A stretch of 64,000 nucleotides of DNA from Schmidtea polychroa (Eukaryota): the NCBI GenBank assembly GCA_044892525.1, contig CM097886.1, forward strand, positions 28,396,001 to 28,460,000, written 5' to 3'. Both the position numbers and the translations under genes were made by a program. The notes under the pieces are model-generated. The model saw only the letters and a list, made by a program, of their open reading frames with translations. It did no database searches and was not told the DNA's origin. Each line of letters begins with the position of its first letter. Position 1 is the stretch's first letter. Positions 41,847 through 52,524 of the stretch are shown here, piece by piece.

Positions 41847-42870
41847 TGCAAAATATTACTAATATAAAAAAAAATGGTTTGTTAAAAAAAAATAATTAGT
41901 TAAAACAAGTTTAAAATACTTCAAACTGACGTATAAGTTTTGTTTAAAATGTAAGTAACGAGTATTGTAAAATTAATTTAATATTATTATAAATTTTGAA
42001 TTAAAATTTTCTTAAAATTCTAGAAAAAAAAAAATCTATTATTAATAGAAAACAAATTTTTAAAAATAAATAAAGTTTGAGTCAATTTGAATTTTCTAGA
42101 AGTATCTCTTAAAATTATATAGGGAATTGTTTTGTAACAGTTATTGATGTATTTTGAATTTATTTAACTTGAATTAAAAATATAATATTAACAAAAATGT
42201 ATTGTGAGATTTTGATTGTTGATCTAACCATCTCTCTATAACTACCCGGGCTCAACAAAGGGGAGTGTCATTGTAGGTCAACTAGGACAGTCATAGTCAC
42301 CGCGAAATACGCTTAGTCAAATAATACGCGGTCATAAACAATCATGGTTCTTGTAAAGTTATTATATTTTGTTGTTGTGGTTGGTGAAATTTCTGACCCT
42401 TATTTGTATGTTCACTAATATATAAGTTGTTTGTTTTTTGATTATTTTCTAATTAAATTCATTATTCCCAAAAATTTCTTAAGGTATGTTTAATAAACTT
42501 TGGCTATGTTTCACTTAATTTGTGGTATTGTATGAACAGGTTTTAATGGATTAATGTATGATTCCTGATGACTTATGATCGTTTGAGGATAGAAAGTTTG
42601 TATAGGCATAGTTGAGAAAGTAATTATAATAAGGGACCTGCGTAAATCGGACATATATCTTCTAACGATAGTCCGTGAACCCCGTAGAGTGCTCGACAAT
42701 TACAGTGCAAGTAGTGCGCTCACTTTTTGCGAGCACTCACCCTCTTGATACAGTACCAACGTTGATCATTCAACGGGTATCAAGCGGTAAACAATGTTGT
42801 ATCTTGGGTTACGCTGGTAACAGCACTAAAGAGCAAAATATTTGATCATCAGTAACCCACCATACAAATT

Positions 42871-42888
42871 TGGGGGCTCAGCCGGGAT
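42871..42888 (+). promoter_or_regulatory. Primer-binding site, tRNA-Pro-like
   Basis: TGGGGGCTCAGCCGGGAT, 16/18 match to the canonical TGGGGGCTCGTCCGGGAT, 8 nt after the LTR end. Confidence 0.85.
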
Positions 42889-43749
42889 ATTTAAACTTTC
42901 TTGGTAAAGAACCTGTAAGTAGACGGGAATGCATAGCAGTTTTTTGATCAGGAAATGAAATGCTTTATGCAAGAGTAAGAAAGATTGTTTTCTCAAATAA
43001 CTAGACATGATGTGTGAATATGCGTGTATGATCAAAATGAATGTTGAATGTTGTACATGATGAATAAAATGTTTTAAATTATGTAAATATAGAAAATCGA
43101 TAAAACTGGGTATGAGAATAATGTATGAGCGTTCCGTGTTGATGGGACAGAATGTTGATGGGTAAGAAATGAAATAAAAATCAAAAATAAAAAAAATTGT
43201 AAATATAAACAACTAATACTTTGGATATAAGAAAATAATAAAAAATTCAAAAATAGGGAAAAGGGGGGGATAGAAAATAGCGGTATATAGAAAAAGGGGA
43301 TAAAGCATAAAACAGTGAATTGCGAAATAGAAATAGATAGGTGATGCAATTAATTAAAAATAGGGGGAAGATGTAAAAATAAGTTAAAGATTAAAGGGTT
43401 ATATTGAGTACTTGATCAAATGACTAAAATTATGGACACGCTGGGATCAAAAGGGTTACGTAGACTAAGATAATAAACTAGAGGGAACGGATAAAAATGT
43501 GCGGAACATCATTTAATGGATTGGGAGCCTAAACTAACAGGGTAAAACAGCTATTGAACTTACTTAATTTGAATAAGGAAATAAATGGGTAGAGGTAAGC
43601 TAATTAAAGGGGAATAAGAACACTTAATAAAATGCTGAATTAATAAAGTATAACTTGATGGAATTAACCGGCTACATTATAAAGAAACTTGAAAATTCGT
43701 AAATTTAACTAACAACTCACTACAAAGATTGAATTGAAAAGCAGAGCAG

Positions 43750-44161
43750 TTGGCAAACATCCAAGAAGGACTGATCTTAAAACCAAGACCAGTTGATGAT
43801 GAATTGTGTATAATGACGAGAATTGCTACACCAAATGTGGAATTAACTACTCAAAGAGTATATCAGATTCAGAATTTACGTTTAGATAAGGCCAAATTTA
43901 ACATCAAATGGCAAGAATTAAAGATAAAAATTTAAACGGTTGAAGATGCGATAAGAGAGGCGATCGATAATGAGTTCAAATGTTGTGTGTGTAGAAGCAA
44001 TGAGATAAAAATAATGATGGTACATTGCGGACATCGATGTTATTACCAAGATTATGCATTGAAACTGAAACCATTGTAATGTATGTGATGCAAACGTGAG
44101 AGAAAGAGTAGTAGTGTACCTCCCTAAGGGAGATGTAGAAAAATTAAAGATGATGAAATGA
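43750..44161 (+). pseudogene. Decayed RING-finger (C3HC4, IAP/MDM/neuralized-like spacing) ORF
   Basis: In-frame continuation past TAA at 43933 gives CCVCRSNEIKIMMVHCGHRCYYQDYALKLKP, then after a 1-nt frameshift CNVCDANVRERVVVYLP; two expected Cys are TAC/TAT. Confidence 0.75.
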
Positions 44162-44878
44162 ATTGCTGCTGAGTGTGAGTTAGTAAAAAGTTAGTAAAAC
44201 TAATTCCATAATAGCAACCGAAAGGTATAAAACATACGTTGAACATAGACATATGAAATACACAAAAGCCGTTAAATAAATAGACAAGCAACACACAAAT
44301 TAAATTGGCGAAAGCCGTGAATTAAATACAGGACTGGCTGGGATCGCATCAAGTGTGAGTTGATCTATAAGATCAGTACGATTACCATTTTTTTTCCTGT
44401 TTTTGTTTTATTATTTTTGGCATAGAGAGACAGGACCATAAGGGGATGAGAAGCATATCGTCCCTACGATGCTTACACGGATGGGGAAATCCTGATCACC
44501 TTGATGAGAAGAGTATAATTGGGCCCATCGCAAATGTTGGAGAGTTTCTGTCGAGTGACTGATCACCACTTGTGGGAAATGAACCAACGCGATTATTATA
44601 TTTTTTGAATTTGGGAGACTAGGACAAACTAGAAGGGTAAATAAAAAGAAAAAGATAAAAATAAAAATTGAAAATGTGCACCAAAAGATTAAAAATTAAC
44701 ATTATCCGAGAGCAGCTGCGGATTTGAAGAAACCGTTTTTGGACTTCAAATCGGATGAGGAGTACTCATTGATATGAATTTTTCCCTAGCGAGTGATGAG
44801 GCACCCGAGTACAGCGGCTAACCACCGGACTGTAGTGTCCAGGAGATTATCAGCCAAGGGACTGATGATGCTGGATCA

Positions 44879-45450
44879 CCCAATACAAAAACCCGGATAC
44901 CACACCGAGTATTGGGCGCACTTTTTTGAGTTGCTAGCGGGACTTGATACAAAAACCCGGAAGGGTAGCGAGCGAGAGAGACCCAGTTACCTACACCGAG
45001 TATTAAGGAGCCCAGTGAAACGGTTGTGAGATGCGGGTCAACCGGTAAAGGACTCGTACTCAACAGGCAACCAAGATTGGACCAGTTGTGAGGCGGAGGA
45101 CCGAAAGTCAACTGCATATCCAATTTCCTTTTATCTTCACTAGTCGGGAGATCTGGTTCATCACTTTTGAGAATCAGGATCGAGGCGATTAGATATTTCC
45201 GTGTTTTTTAAATCCTGATAGATAGGATGTTTTTTCTTCGTGATTATTGCTAGCAGGGGTCGGTACAAAACCCGGATGCCCACACCGAGTACCGATAGGC
45301 CCAGTGAAACGGCAATGAGATTAGAGTTACCGGTATTAGGCTCTTTTCAATAGGCGGCCAAGAATTGAGCCAGTTGTGAGGCCTCAGCAGATTAGGAATT
45401 TGAGTAGGAGGAGCCTTGAATTTTTAATTGGTCCGAAAGTCAACTGTCAA
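44879..45450 (+). other. Repeated structured-RNA-like modules in the 5' leader
   Basis: Three copies of stem-AAAA(A)CCCGG..ACACCGA-stem with different but complementary closing stems; two copies each of CCCAGTGAAACGG..ACCGGTA and CAGTTGTGAGGC..CCGAAAGTCAACTG. Confidence 0.6.
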
Positions 45451-45560
45451 CTCAATTTAATCGCGGTAGGGACGATAGTAGGTGTAAAAACCGAAAGCGT
45501 CGAGGGGTTGAAGAAACCTCATTTAGGGCATTTGAAACCGGTCAGGGACCGAAGACCGCG

Positions 45561-45880
45561 AATATGGCGTAATGGTGTAAAAGCCCAGACGTCGAGGAGT
45601 CGTAAAAGACTTCAGATTATGATTAAACCGGCCGGAAGCCGATGCCAACGTAGAGGTCTAACAAACCAAAGCGTTGATGGGTAATAATGGATAATATGGC
45701 GTAATGGTGTAAAAGCCCAGGCGTCGAGGAGTCGTAAAAGACTTCAAATTATGATTAAACCGGCCGGAAGCCGATGCCGACGTGGAGGTCTAACAAACCA
45801 AAGCGTTGATGGGTAATAATGGATTATATGGCGTAACGGTGTAAAAGCCCAGGAGTCGAGGAGTCGTAAAAGACTTCATG
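45561..45880 (+). repeat. ~2.4 tandem copies of a 132-bp unit
   Basis: ATATGGCGTAA recurs in units starting at 45561, 45693 and 45825. Confidence 0.9.
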
Positions 45881-46842
45881 GGATTAAAATGAGTTGATTA
45901 AACCGGCCAGAGAGCCGATGGTAATTGAGTGAAATGATTTAAATGAAATAAGAGAGTTAATTAAACCGGCCAGGGAGCCGATGGTAAATAAATGTAGACG
46001 CAGAGATCGCGCGAACCAAAGCATCGATGATTAACTATAAACAAACGATTAAGATGAAATTGATTAAATTGAATAGATTAAGTGCGACAAAGATGTAATG
46101 AGTAAAGGAAAATTATGATAGAGCGCCGGCGCAAGAGAAACTGAAGCCAAATTTTTGAATGGGGAAAAGCGAATGAGGAGACATTAATTAAGTTACTGAT
46201 GAGTTTTATATGTATATGACTAATGATATATATTTTCAATTATATAATTGATGTTGTGATTATATGATAGATAATTGATACGACGATATAGATAATTGAT
46301 ACGAGTTATAGATAATTAAAAATGGACTTAAATTCAAAGGGGGTGAGTAGCAAAAAGTAAAAGCGTACCATGAATTAGAAAAGGAACAGCGAGAGAAATA
46401 ATGAGTAAAGAGTAGTATAAAATAAAGAAAATAGGGAAATAAATGAAGGGTAGGATAAAATGAATAAAATATTATGATATGTACTAGGAGTGTTAATTAT
46501 TTTAGAATAAGTCAATCAATAAGTCAGAAGGAAGTCAATACAAGCCAAGAATTCAAGAGAAATAAAGAGAAATCAAAAATTCAAAAGAAATCAAATAAGG
46601 AATCAAGAGAATCAAACGAGGATAAAAGAAAGCTAAACAAAGTCAAATTAAATAACAAGAGGAAAATTAAAGCGTTGGCCAACGAAACACAGTGAAATTC
46701 AAAAGGGATTATTAAAGCAAGAAAAATTGATAATAAAGCCAATCGAACGAGATCGCCGAGCAAAGGAGGCTCTAGTTTATTAGGAAACGCAGGGAGACAA
46801 AGAGCCAAGAGAAACAGAAGAATCAATAAGAAACCAGCGTCA

Positions 46843-48573
46843 GTGAAAACATTATTTGAATCAGACAGCTTAACCAACGAAAGTGAAAACAGCGACGATA
46901 TTAAAAGAAACGAATTATATCCGGTAACTGATATCAAACCAACAGACAAGGAAGATAGTAGTTCAGGCATAACAAGTTTGTGTCGAGATATAATGTTAGA
47001 CGGAAACCAAGTGAACAACCCGAATGGGTCAGAGTCGACATACACACCCGAGATAAACCATGTCAACGTCAATGTTGGAGAATTTAGAGAAAGATTTCGA
47101 GGAGAACCATTCGATGGGAATATTAATGAACTAGAAACGTTTATAAAAGAATTCGAGGTATATATTACGATATGTCACTGGCCAGACATAGTCGTACGAG
47201 AGCGAATACCATTATATTTAAGAGGAAGTGCACAAGATGTATATTTAGAGGCAAAGTGTGATGCAACAAAACTAAAAACATGGAAATCAATAAAGAATTT
47301 TTTAATAAAAACATTCGGTAGCAAAAGGGAAGTAAATCGCAAAATGTTGGATTTTCTGCATCGAAAGCAGAAATACAATGAGTCAAACGCACTATATGCA
47401 TGTGAATTAAGACGACTGGCAAAAGAAGCATTCGATTCAAATCAAACAGTTCCGGAAGACAAGATAATAGCCGTATTCGTAGAGGGTATGAAAAGAAAGG
47501 ACATACGAGCAACAGTGGGTTGCCGAGCACCAGACACGCTCGAGGAAGCATTAAAAATCGCTAATAAATGTGAAAACTACTTGACTCCAGTACAAGTAGC
47601 AGCAATGGCAGCAGTACCAATAGCTACAACACCAACAACGACAACCGAAATTAATCAAACCAACAATGAAAATCTAGGAATGAATCAATTTATCTCAGAA
47701 TCGCAACAGTTGTTCAAGGCGCCAAAAACGACAAATCCAGATAACAGAGGTAATATTCAATTTTACACTAATAATTTCAGGAGCAACGAGAACAATAATC
47801 AGAAGTGTAACATATGTCAACGACTAGGACATTGGAGCAACGAGTGTTATAAGACAAGGATGTGCCAAAATTGCGGTAAAAGGGGGCACACAGAAAATAT
47901 ATGCCGAGGACCAATGATGTCGATGAGAGGAGGAAGGACTAGAACCTGCTACAGTTGCAACCAACTTGGACATGTGGCGAGAGAATGCGCAATGAGGACA
48001 AAACATAATCAACCAAGAGCAAACGATCCAAGTCAAAATATACAAGTCAACATCATGCAGGAAATTGAACAGTTGAAAAAGATGATCCAACGGATACCAG
48101 AGGATATCCAAAAACGACCAACAAGAGAACAACAAGATCAGCAACGAATCGAGGGGCAGAGACCACTAAACGAAAAAGCCAGAGAAATTCAAAAAAAATG
48201 GAAAAAGCGAGAAACCAACACCGGAAGAATAAATATGATGAGATTAATGAACAAAGGGGAACCGCACACTGCGGAGCAGTGTGTTAACAAGGAAGGGAGC
48301 GATATGACCGTAATCAACGAGACAAAAGTGATAAAAGAAAATGGGTCACATCAATTGACGGAGCAATTGACAGAACTGAGTAGCGAGGATAAAATAAAAA
48401 TAATACAAGGGTTCACCAAAGAAGAAAAAGAAAAGAGACGAAGAAGAGATGAAACAGGCACGAACCAAAAAGCAACGAGATTGTTACAAAGAATCGAATT
48501 CAGAGGGTATTACTACAAAAAATTGAAGATAGAATTAGAAGAGAAGAACCAAATTTTACGGATGAGCAAGTAA
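46843..48573 (+). CDS. gag: Retrotransposon Gag with three CCHC zinc knuckles
   Basis: Capsid-like PFDGNINELETFIKEFE..W..IPLYLRGSAQDVY; knuckles CNICQRLGHWSNEC, CQNCGKRGHTENIC, CYSCNQLGHVAREC. Track start is GTG; first ATG near 46993; the frame is open back to a TGA at 46693. Confidence 0.92.
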   Translation: MKTLFESDSLTNESENSDDIKRNELYPVTDIKPTDKEDSSSGITSLCRDIMLDGNQVNNPNGSESTYTPEINHVNVNVGEFRERFRGEPFDGNINELETFIKEFEVYITICHWPDIVVRERIPLYLRGSAQDVYLEAKCDATKLKTWKSIKNFLIKTFGSKREVNRKMLDFLHRKQKYNESNALYACELRRLAKEAFDSNQTVPEDKIIAVFVEGMKRKDIRATVGCRAPDTLEEALKIANKCENYLTPVQVAAMAAVPIATTPTTTTEINQTNNENLGMNQFISESQQLFKAPKTTNPDNRGNIQFYTNNFRSNENNNQKCNICQRLGHWSNECYKTRMCQNCGKRGHTENICRGPMMSMRGGRTRTCYSCNQLGHVARECAMRTKHNQPRANDPSQNIQVNIMQEIEQLKKMIQRIPEDIQKRPTREQQDQQRIEGQRPLNEKAREIQKKWKKRETNTGRINMMRLMNKGEPHTAEQCVNKEGSDMTVINETKVIKENGSHQLTEQLTELSSEDKIKIIQGFTKEEKEKRRRRDETGTNQKATRLLQRIEFRGYYYKKLKIELEEKNQILRMSK

Positions 48574-48653
48574 AAGAAAAAGTAAAAGACAACTGATTCA
48601 GGAAAAATGAGTGGTTCGAAAAGAAAGAACCAAGTAACAGAGCCAATATAAAC

Positions 48654-51392
48654 ATGCTGAGACAAATACAGAATGATCAGGCGGACCAGGAAGACGAGAA
48701 AAGTGCGGTGAGTAGCCTGAGAAGTGAATTATTTCAATCAAGTGATGAAAATAATGAACAAGGAACACCTCAAAATAACGAAGAGGGTGAGAGCGACGAT
48801 ATGGAATCACCGATAGAAACTGACGATGAGGAAATATTTGAGGAAATTTCCGACACGGTATCGGAAAGAGAACGAAATGAGAGCTATATCAACGAACCAA
48901 CATACAGAAAATGTATAAAACTGATAACTGAAGCATACCAGTGGGAAGGAGGTATATTAACGGCAACATGGAAAGATTTGGTGACGAAATATAAAGGAAA
49001 ATTGAAAGAAGTCGAGCCAGATCAATGCCGGGTGAGTATTCAACACCCCGAAACTCAGATGCAGATTACTGAATTAAAAGTAACAAATATTGATGAACTG
49101 TATATTTGGGTACAGGAAAAGAATAAACAGCTATACGACAATTGTTATAAAGTTAAAATGAGCATACATCTAGTAGATATGATGAGATGGCCAAACGAAG
49201 TTAATATCTTAATCTTAAAGAAAAACAGAGACAGCGAATCAGTAACGGAAATACTGAGGAAAATCCAACAGATATTCAACAATGAAGTGGAACCAGAAAT
49301 AGAAAAGACTGAACAAAAGATAATGAAGGAAAATCAAATAATCGTAGTAAAACAAGCAATCGATCAAGCGAAGAAATATATTAACAGATTTAGGGAAAGA
49401 TGGCCGCAGCTAATGAAACAGTTTGTCAAAGACGTACGGGATACTGAGATTATGGGATTTGAATATAAACGAGCAACGGAGTTGATATCAAAATATGGTG
49501 AATACGAGAGAATCAGATGTGAACAAGAATTACCATGGCCATCCAACAGAAAAGTGACAATAGTAAGAGAATCACTGAAGAATAGTCATTTAAATAAACA
49601 CGAAGAAATGATCAAAACATCACATGTCGAAGACGACATTTTTGGAAAAGGCCGGAGTGGAAAAAATGACAAAGACCATAACGACAAAAATGAGGAAGAC
49701 GACGGGAACCATGAAAGGAACAACATAAATGGGAACTCAAACGAACGAGATAATGAAGAAGACAAGGAGTCAGAAGATGACGACGAAGACTTGAAGGATA
49801 CTGAGGACAACTCAGACCAAAGTGAAGACAACCAACATAATGAAACAGAGAACGACAAACGAAAGTCCCCACTGCATAACATAGTAATGCGGAAGAATCT
49901 AAACCAGTCACTCCTACTACAAATTATCCTAATAATACTAACGTCAATTTGCCTAACAGAAACGAAAAATACGCGAATTACGAGAGGAAATCTGAAAGAA
50001 GGCGAACTATTCATGATAAAAGTCAGCGGCAACAACGGAAACGCGGTCGGGATATGCATCCAATTGATGGAAGGAACCGGAGTAAGTTGTGATTTTAGAA
50101 CGATAACAAAAGGGAGGATTTTCAATAGTCAAAATGTAGAACCTGAATTATGCGGAGACTACAACATTTGCGAAGACATAACATCAGAAGAAAAAGAATT
50201 GGAAAGAGCTAACGAAACCGGAGTACATGTCGCAATTAAAGCTACAATGGAAGGTATCGAAATAATAGATAAAGGAAATTTGCCAACAACGCAAATATGT
50301 TTTAGAGATGACGAAGACATATGTATAACGGTGGACATGAAACGAGATCGCGAATTTTTTTGGACAAACGTAAAACCAAACACCAACATGGTGGTATGCG
50401 CAGGTACCCAGGCAATAGTGGTATGTAAAGCAGTTAAAACCGCGCAAATAAAAAGCAGGCCAAAAAGTATGGCTAGTAAACGATATCAACCAAGGATCAA
50501 ACCGGCAATTAAGAAACGCCAGAAACAATCCCGTAGGGGAATGATAAGAGGACAGCACCAAACCAAGAAAAACAAAACAGTAATATGGATCAAAGATGAG
50601 AGACGAGAAGTACTAGTAAATGTCGAATTCAACAAGAAAAGAGAAGAAGTAATCACGGTCAGAAACCAAGGTGAAGAACCAATAGTAAGAGTATGTGTAC
50701 TAAACAGGACAGGAATAGTCGACTGCATAGAAACACTACTTGACAAAGGTGCAGAAGTTAAAATGACAATAGGAGAAAGAAAGGGACGATATCACATATG
50801 CGTTCTTAAAAACGGAAGCGATTTAAGTTCATGCCAAGCAATAACCAGACAACGACCACGGATGATAAACATACTATTGACAACCAGAAAACCAAAAGAA
50901 GTGGAAAAGCCAAAAGGAAACGAACATCTAACGGCAGAAGAAACGAAACAGTTATACCAGATGCTCAAGAAAAATAAAACACAAGAGGCAACTACAACAG
51001 AAACTAAAATGATGATAACGACAGGAAAATTCAACGAGACACTGATAACCGTTAAAATGATGTGGATCGCTAGCGCAATAATGAGTGTAGTGATAGCATC
51101 AATAATAATCCAATGGATAAGAACCTCCAAAATATGTAAACAAAAACCTAAAGGCAGAAAAAGATGGCCACAAGTGGAGAATTCCGAATATGGTATTCCA
51201 ACAGAAAACCCGAATCCAGAAGAGTACGAAGCGATTGAAGATCCAAGGTCAAGCAGACTATGGACGCAAGAATTACTCAGAATACAAACCCTAAACGATT
51301 GGGTAAACGAATTTGACATATACCGGCTAACGGATGAAAGATATGGGGGGATGCGCACATTGCATTCAGGTCCCCTGGCAACAATGGTATAA
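48654..51392 (+). CDS. 912-aa ORF2: acidic N-terminal half plus type-I membrane glycoprotein (Env-like) module
   Basis: Signal-peptide-like MRKNLNQSLLLQIILIILTSICLT from ATG 49887; Cys-paired beta-rich ectodomain with six N-x-S/T sequons; TM MMWIASAIMSVVIASIIIQWI; tail with YxxI motifs; no RT, RNase H or integrase motifs. Confidence 0.75.
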   Translation: MLRQIQNDQADQEDEKSAVSSLRSELFQSSDENNEQGTPQNNEEGESDDMESPIETDDEEIFEEISDTVSERERNESYINEPTYRKCIKLITEAYQWEGGILTATWKDLVTKYKGKLKEVEPDQCRVSIQHPETQMQITELKVTNIDELYIWVQEKNKQLYDNCYKVKMSIHLVDMMRWPNEVNILILKKNRDSESVTEILRKIQQIFNNEVEPEIEKTEQKIMKENQIIVVKQAIDQAKKYINRFRERWPQLMKQFVKDVRDTEIMGFEYKRATELISKYGEYERIRCEQELPWPSNRKVTIVRESLKNSHLNKHEEMIKTSHVEDDIFGKGRSGKNDKDHNDKNEEDDGNHERNNINGNSNERDNEEDKESEDDDEDLKDTEDNSDQSEDNQHNETENDKRKSPLHNIVMRKNLNQSLLLQIILIILTSICLTETKNTRITRGNLKEGELFMIKVSGNNGNAVGICIQLMEGTGVSCDFRTITKGRIFNSQNVEPELCGDYNICEDITSEEKELERANETGVHVAIKATMEGIEIIDKGNLPTTQICFRDDEDICITVDMKRDREFFWTNVKPNTNMVVCAGTQAIVVCKAVKTAQIKSRPKSMASKRYQPRIKPAIKKRQKQSRRGMIRGQHQTKKNKTVIWIKDERREVLVNVEFNKKREEVITVRNQGEEPIVRVCVLNRTGIVDCIETLLDKGAEVKMTIGERKGRYHICVLKNGSDLSSCQAITRQRPRMINILLTTRKPKEVEKPKGNEHLTAEETKQLYQMLKKNKTQEATTTETKMMITTGKFNETLITVKMMWIASAIMSVVIASIIIQWIRTSKICKQKPKGRKRWPQVENSEYGIPTENPNPEEYEAIEDPRSSRLWTQELLRIQTLNDWVNEFDIYRLTDERYGGMRTLHSGPLATMV

Positions 51393-51747
51393 GAAAGTGA
51401 TGAGTCGATGTAAATAGTGTGTATATAAACGTGAGGGTAAAAGTAGTTTAGTAGATTAGTAATATGTTCAAAAAAAAAGGTACAAAAAAATGGGTAGGAT
51501 AACTACGTATTATGAATGAATCAGAGAAACGAGGATCAAGTATATCAAACGAGGATACCACATGTTGTTGAATTGGGAAATCAACCACTAGTAAACATTA
51601 ATCAGACATAAATAGTAGAAATTGATACAAGTACAACGATAAACCAACCAAGTTAGTCAGCAGGATCAATGTGAAGAACACAACGTGAATTAATGACAAA
51701 TGACAAACCATACCCAAGAATATCGGTTACGTAATTAGAATGCGTTA

Positions 51748-52524
51748 ATGGAGAGCATCAATAGAAACTCGATATACATAACAAGAATAAAAGAGCAACA
51801 ACAAATAATCGCACAATTAGAATACAATAACAAACAGTTGATAAGCCAAATAAAATGGGAGGCAGGTGAAATCAGGAGATTACACGAAAACGTTCTGCAT
51901 GATGATATCACGAGTTTAGTTGAGTGGATAACCGGCCTACCAGGAACTGGGGAACCGGACTCAACGGGAGAGACCTAAAAGAAGGGGAAAGTAGCCCTGT
52001 AAACAAACGAAATTATAGCCAAAGTAGAAGCTCCGAGATTAAACGCTATCATGGCAGAATGCCGAGGGAAAGTGGAGAGAAGTGGAGGAACAAAACTATT
52101 ATTTATGAGCAGATAAGAAAAATTAGGTCAAGTCATAGATTATGACATGGAGGTACCACACGACTTGTAACAAGAAAAGCAGAAGTTAAAGAGAGAACCA
52201 CCGCAAGAATCAGCCACATCCCAGATGACAATAATAATAAAATTCTTAGAAGAAATAATGCAGCGAACAATGATGACTGTCAACGAATGTCCGAGAAACT
52301 ATGAAACAAAGACGCTCGAAGAAATAAAGGAAAGGGTAAATAACGCAATCAAAGAAAAGCCAATTACTCAAGATGAAATAATAAGAACATTGAGAGAGAT
52401 ATAGATGGGAATAATAACAACTATGAACAAAATCCCGATGAACCATGAGACAACGACCAAAACTTTAGAAGGAATAAAGAGGAGAATATCAACTACCTTC
52501 AAATCTATCAAATCTATCTTCTAA
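51748..52524 (+). pseudogene. Fragmented third ORF, coiled-coil-like
   Basis: Protein-like pieces (IKEQQQIIAQLEYNNKQL..., TLEEIKERVNNAIKEK...) broken by stops and frameshifts. Confidence 0.35.

Larger units (their letters stand above)
37504..42862 (+). repeat. 5' LTR (5359 bp)
   Basis: TGTTGGG...CCCACCA; the only differences from the 3' LTR that I found are one G and one ATT unit. Confidence 0.95.

Noticed and set aside
37818-42699. Short track ORFs within the LTRs, including the poly-Ile ORF, and their duplicates
   Set aside because: Low-complexity or microsatellite frames with no coding signal.
44855-45050. Hammerhead ribozyme (CTGATGA at 44862, GAAAC at 45017, GTA downstream)
   Set aside because: Stems II and III need bulges and stem I cannot form (AAGGGA versus AAGGAC).
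49620-49650. RT YxDD-like motif HVEDDIF in ORF2
   Set aside because: No other RT motifs; lies at the edge of an acidic low-complexity tract.
46581-51358. Minus-strand ORFs opposite gag and ORF2
   Set aside because: Shadow frames of purine-rich sense ORFs.
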